Below are positions 60,568 through 64,000 of a DNA stretch of 64,000 nt, piece after piece. The position numbers and the translations under genes were made by a program. Below the pieces are notes generated by a model. It was given only the letters and a program-made list of their open reading frames with translations, was not told where the DNA came from and searched no databases. How positions within the stretch are numbered: position 1 is the first letter of the stretch; each line of letters starts with the position of its first letter. The stretch is taken from NCBI GenBank assembly GCA_017403145.1, contig JAFQOO010000005.1:107141-171140 (forward strand). The letters are read 5' to 3'. The DNA comes from Clostridia bacterium. Lineage in GTDB: Bacteria; Bacillota; Clostridia; Christensenellales; DTU072.

Positions 60568-62271
60568 CTATTTCTTCGAGTTTTTATAACTTTTTGCCCA
60601 ATTTTTCAATTCTAGGGCATTTTGCTCACCTACTATGCTTGTAGCATCGCTACCGGCAAGGCGCATAACTTCTTTTACCGAACCAAGCTCGTCTAAAAGG
60701 TGAACTTCTGTAATGGTTTGTCCCTCTTTTTCGTACTTGGTTATAAGGTAATGATGGTCCGCCATAGAAGCTAATTGAGGTAAGTGCGTAACCGCTAAAA
60801 CTTGTCTATTTTTAGAAACGTCGCTAAGCTTTTGTGCCACTACTTTTGCTATGAGTCCGCTTATGCCCGTATCGATTTCGTCAAAGACCAAAGTATCGAT
60901 TTCTTCAAGTTCGGCAGTAATATTTTTTAGACCAAGCATAAATCTACTCATTTCTCCACCCGAAGCAATTTTGGATAAAGGTTTTAGAGGTTCACCCAAG
61001 TTTGGAGAAATTAGGAACCTTACGGAGTCAGCGCCATTTTCGTTTGCGGTAGACAAAATACAATCTTTGTTTTCGGGGAAAATTATTTCCGCTTCAAAGG
61101 TGGTATTTTTCATACCAAGTTCTTTCAAATTCTTAACTATTGCATTGTTAAAAGATTTAGCAACCTTGACTCTTTCGTCGTGGAGTTTCAAGGCATAATC
61201 TATTGCTAAATTCCCCTCTTCGATTTTTATTTGTTCAAGCTCTAGAATTTTTTGTTCGGCATTCTTTAGGTTTTCAAGTTCACGATAGGTTCTTTCTAAA
61301 AATTCGGGAAGCTCTTCAATGGTACCGTAGCGTTTTTTAATCTTTCTAATTTCGGCAATGCGTTCTTCAATTTGTTCTAGCTCACGTGGATTGTAGGAAA
61401 GTGCTTCGATTTCGTTAGAAAGTTCGTCTGCGATATCGCGTAGTTCGATTTTTACCGATTCCAAGCGTTCGGAAAGGTTTTCGAATTTATTGTCAAAGCG
61501 CAAAACCGCGTTAATTTCACGAATTGCAATTTGCGTTAGATTTATCGCGCCAAAGCTTTCTTCGCCATCTAGGGCGGTATATGAAGCCGACAAAGCGTTT
61601 GCAATGCGTTCGGAGTTTTGGAACTTGTTTCGTTGGGTAATAAGATTATCTTCTTCGCCTATTTGCGGATTTACGCGTTCAATTTCGGCAATTTGATACT
61701 CTAAGCTATCGATTTTTCTAGTGCGAGCACTTTCGTCCTCGAAGGCATCGATTTCTTCCTTAGCTTTTAGGTATGCGTTAAAGTGAACGTTAAACTTTTC
61801 CTTTAGAGTTAGGATAGATTTACCATATTTATCTAAAATAAGGATATGATTTGCTTCGTTTAGAAGTGCTTGATTTTCGTGTTGAGAGTGAATATCGACC
61901 AAATGTGCAACGAGCTTACGTAGTTGAGAAAGAGTTACCGCTCTACCATTAACACGACAATCGCTACGACCATTTTCGCTCATAGTACGTTTTACGATAA
62001 GATTTTCTTCCCTATCGATGCCAAACTCTTCTAAAACTGCAATAACGTTCTTATTGTTGTTATCGTTAAAGATAGCCTCAACGGTAGCGCTAGATTGTCC
62101 GTGTCTAATTAAAGATTTATCAGCTCTATCGCCGAGAACAAAATTGAGTGAATCTATAATAATAGATTTACCTGCACCTGTTTCGCCACTCAAAACGTTG
62201 AGTCCCTCTGCAAATTCTAGGGTATGCTCACGAATAAGAGCAATATTTTTTATGTATAACGAGGTAATCAT
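60568..62271 (-). CDS. recN: DNA repair protein RecN
   Basis: 567-aa SMC-like ORF with Walker A GETGAGKSIII, a coiled-coil middle region, the signature ASGGEMSR and Walker B LVFDEID. Confidence 0.95.
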   Translation of the reverse strand: MITSLYIKNIALIREHTLEFAEGLNVLSGETGAGKSIIIDSLNFVLGDRADKSLIRHGQSSATVEAIFNDNNNKNVIAVLEEFGIDREENLIVKRTMSENGRSDCRVNGRAVTLSQLRKLVAHLVDIHSQHENQALLNEANHILILDKYGKSILTLKEKFNVHFNAYLKAKEEIDAFEDESARTRKIDSLEYQIAEIERVNPQIGEEDNLITQRNKFQNSERIANALSASYTALDGEESFGAINLTQIAIREINAVLRFDNKFENLSERLESVKIELRDIADELSNEIEALSYNPRELEQIEERIAEIRKIKKRYGTIEELPEFLERTYRELENLKNAEQKILELEQIKIEEGNLAIDYALKLHDERVKVAKSFNNAIVKNLKELGMKNTTFEAEIIFPENKDCILSTANENGADSVRFLISPNLGEPLKPLSKIASGGEMSRFMLGLKNITAELEEIDTLVFDEIDTGISGLIAKVVAQKLSDVSKNRQVLAVTHLPQLASMADHHYLITKYEKEGQTITEVHLLDELGSVKEVMRLAGSDATSIVGEQNALELKNWAKSYKNSKK

Positions 62272-62274
62272 ATA

Positions 62275-62718
62275 CTAATTCAAGAAATCGTTTAGTAGTT
62301 TTACTATTTTAACCACTTCGTCTTTTGTTTTAACGAGCATAAAAATGGTGTCGTCGCCTGCGATAGTACCCATAATTTCGGGATTTTCGAGGTGGTCTAG
62401 AAGCATAGCTGCGCTATTAGCGGAGCCACCGAGGGTTTTTATGACTATAAAATTTTCGGTATAGTCGATAGAAAGAACAGATTGGTGGAACAACATACGC
62501 AAACGTTGTAGTCTTGGGTCAAGAGGTTTAACGTATCTTGATTTTTGACCGACGGAAGCGGTCTTTATTAAGCCCAGCTCTTGAATATCACGAGAAACGG
62601 TTGCTTGTGTAACCTTGAAGCCCTCGCTCAAAAGGATATCTGTCAATTCTTGTTGAGTTTCGATATCTTTTTCTTCGATTAGTTTTAAAAGTCTATTTTG
62701 TCTTTCTTGTCTACTCAT
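62275..62718 (-). CDS. argR: Arginine repressor
   Basis: ATG 62718 with AGAGG 7 nt upstream was preferred over the track start 62742. The wHTH region has QQELTDILLSEGFKVTQATVSRDIQEL, and the C-terminal oligomerisation domain has GTIAGDDTIF. Confidence 0.9.
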   Translation of the reverse strand: MSRQERQNRLLKLIEEKDIETQQELTDILLSEGFKVTQATVSRDIQELGLIKTASVGQKSRYVKPLDPRLQRLRMLFHQSVLSIDYTENFIVIKTLGGSANSAAMLLDHLENPEIMGTIAGDDTIFMLVKTKDEVVKIVKLLNDFLN

Positions 62719-62720
62719 AA

Positions 62721-63581
62721 TTAAACCTCTATTGAACTCCAATAACGCATTTTTTCTAGTAGTTTTTCATAAAAGTTAAAGTTAGGTCTGCGAATAAAGT
62801 CGACCGACAAGTTTGAATCGGTTATTTCGACCTTAGTTTCGTTAAAGATGCTTTGAATGTTATTGCCATCCACGTTAACGTTTGCGGAGGGTTCTGCGGA
62901 AAGCAATTTAACGCTAACGGTGCTAGAGCTTGATACTATTAGTGGACGTGAGTGCAAGCTATGTGCGCAAATGGGCGAAATTATAAAGCAAGAAACGTCG
63001 GGAGCGACAATGGGACCGCCGGCGGAAAGGCTATAAGCGGTAGAACCCGTAGGAGTCGCGATAATTATACCATCGGAGGTATATTTATCAACCAACGTTC
63101 CGTTGACGGTAATTTCGGCTTTCATAATGCGCGAGCAAAGTGATTGTGCAACGACAACCTCGTTTAGTGCATAGTATTCTTGGGTGGAATTTTCGATTTT
63201 AACCTTTAGGAACTTGCGTTTATCAAGGATATAATTACCGCTAAATAGGTCGTTAAAATCTTGTTCCAAGTCTTCCTTATTGACCTCGCTTAGGAAACCT
63301 TTATGCCCCATATTTACAGCAAAAATTGGGGTATTGAAAGTGGCACATTCTTTAGCGATAGCAAGAATAGTACCATCTCCGCCAAGAACGATGACAACGT
63401 CGCTTTCTTTTGCGAGCGAGTAGTTGTCGTAGCTAATAGCAATATTAGAACCAAAGTCGATACCCATAAGGTCGTTTGAAATATAGATAGTAGCATTCTT
63501 TTCCTTGAGAATGTTATAAACAGCCTTAGTATAGCGGGCATCGGGGTCCCTAGTTAAATTTGAATATAGTCCTATTTTCAT
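62721..63581 (-). CDS. nadK: NAD kinase
   Basis: Contains the GGDGT motif and TPTGSTAYSLSAGGPI. ATG 63581 was taken as the start, but TTG 63599 or GTG 63596 remain possible. Confidence 0.9.
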   Translation of the reverse strand: MKIGLYSNLTRDPDARYTKAVYNILKEKNATIYISNDLMGIDFGSNIAISYDNYSLAKESDVVIVLGGDGTILAIAKECATFNTPIFAVNMGHKGFLSEVNKEDLEQDFNDLFSGNYILDKRKFLKVKIENSTQEYYALNEVVVAQSLCSRIMKAEITVNGTLVDKYTSDGIIIATPTGSTAYSLSAGGPIVAPDVSCFIISPICAHSLHSRPLIVSSSSTVSVKLLSAEPSANVNVDGNNIQSIFNETKVEITDSNLSVDFIRRPNFNFYEKLLEKMRYWSSIEV

Positions 63582-63667
63582 AGGACTATGATACACCAAA
63601 TATAAATTTTATACAAGAGATTTTAATAAAATATACAATTATAATAGAAATGTTGCAAAAAATTTGA

Positions 63668-64000
63668 TTATTTATGCAAAAGAACAAGATATTCCTTGTT
63701 TTTATTTTCAAAGGGGTGCGGAGCCTCGATAACGCTTTCGTGATAAAGGCCGATTGCGGAAGCGAAATCGATTATTTTCTTTATAGCTTGGTCGGTAGCC
63801 TTTTGGTTTTTGACTATGCCTGTTTTGGTTAAAGAAGCCCTACCGACCTCGAACTGAGGCTTTATAAGTGCAATAATAGCGGTGTTGTCGGTGGTGAACT
63901 GCATAAGAGCGGGCAAAATCATAGTAAGAGATATAAAAGAAACGTCAATGGTTATAATATCGGCTTTTATACCTATGTCTTCGAACGTGAGGTACCTTGC
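63668..64000 (-). CDS. tlyA: TlyA-family rRNA 2'-O-methyltransferase, C-terminal part; the 5' end lies outside the window
   Basis: The frame stays open to the window edge. Manual translation upstream of the track ORF gives ARYLTFEDIGIKADIITIDVSFISLTMILPAL..., and DVSFISL is the conserved TlyA/FtsJ-fold motif. The order tlyA-nadK-argR-recN is conserved in Firmicutes. Confidence 0.85.
   Translation of the reverse strand, partial: ARYLTFEDIGIKADIITIDVSFISLTMILPALMQFTTDNTAIIALIKPQFEVGRASLTKTGIVKNQKATDQAIKKIIDFASAIGLYHESVIEAPHPFENKNKEYLVLLHK

Overview
AT-rich chromosomal segment of a spore-forming, Clostridia-like Firmicute.

Layout:
- 1-30394 is an almost uniformly plus-strand housekeeping block: lspA fragment, rluD, rimP-nusA-ylxR-ylxQ-infB-rbfA-nrnA-truB-ribF, a TIM-barrel gene, pheST, mutS2, cysteine desulfurase-thiI, a DUF4097 protein, miaB-mutS-mutL-miaA and a ynbB-like PLP enzyme. 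Only yunB and a class A PBP are on the minus strand.
- 37743-64000 is uniformly minus-strand: tlyA fragment, nadK, argR, recN, spoIVB, a membrane protein, two DD-carboxypeptidases, an M50 protease, scpA-scpB, a 2755-aa MBG/GLUG-repeat surface protein, rluB, surE, a flavoprotein, cmk, an ispH-S1 fusion, proC and rnhA. One plus-strand tRNA-Trp sits among them.
- The two blocks converge at 30.4-37.7 kb. That is the orientation pattern expected at a replication terminus. This zone holds a 356-aa XerS-like tyrosine recombinase, lexA and a membrane-anchored PadR-like gene.

The most interesting part is a roughly 3.5-kb, almost ORF-free accessory island at 30.4-33.9 kb:
- It is bracketed by a perfect 28-bp 11-6-11 palindrome (31138-31165) and a degenerate copy 20 bp upstream of the recombinase gene.
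- It carries six plus-strand mini transcription units, each a near-consensus sigma-A promoter plus an intrinsic terminator 65-100 nt downstream, with no ORF.
- It has tandem 355-bp modules pairing such an RNA with a minus-strand mini-ORF for a hydrophobic peptide. This looks type I toxin-antitoxin-like, and every peptide copy carries a different lesion.
- It also contains a GC-rich, multi-hairpin element of about 170 nt and a decayed two-gene module.

All calls come from reading the sequence and the ORF track. No database search, folding or GC-skew computation was done.
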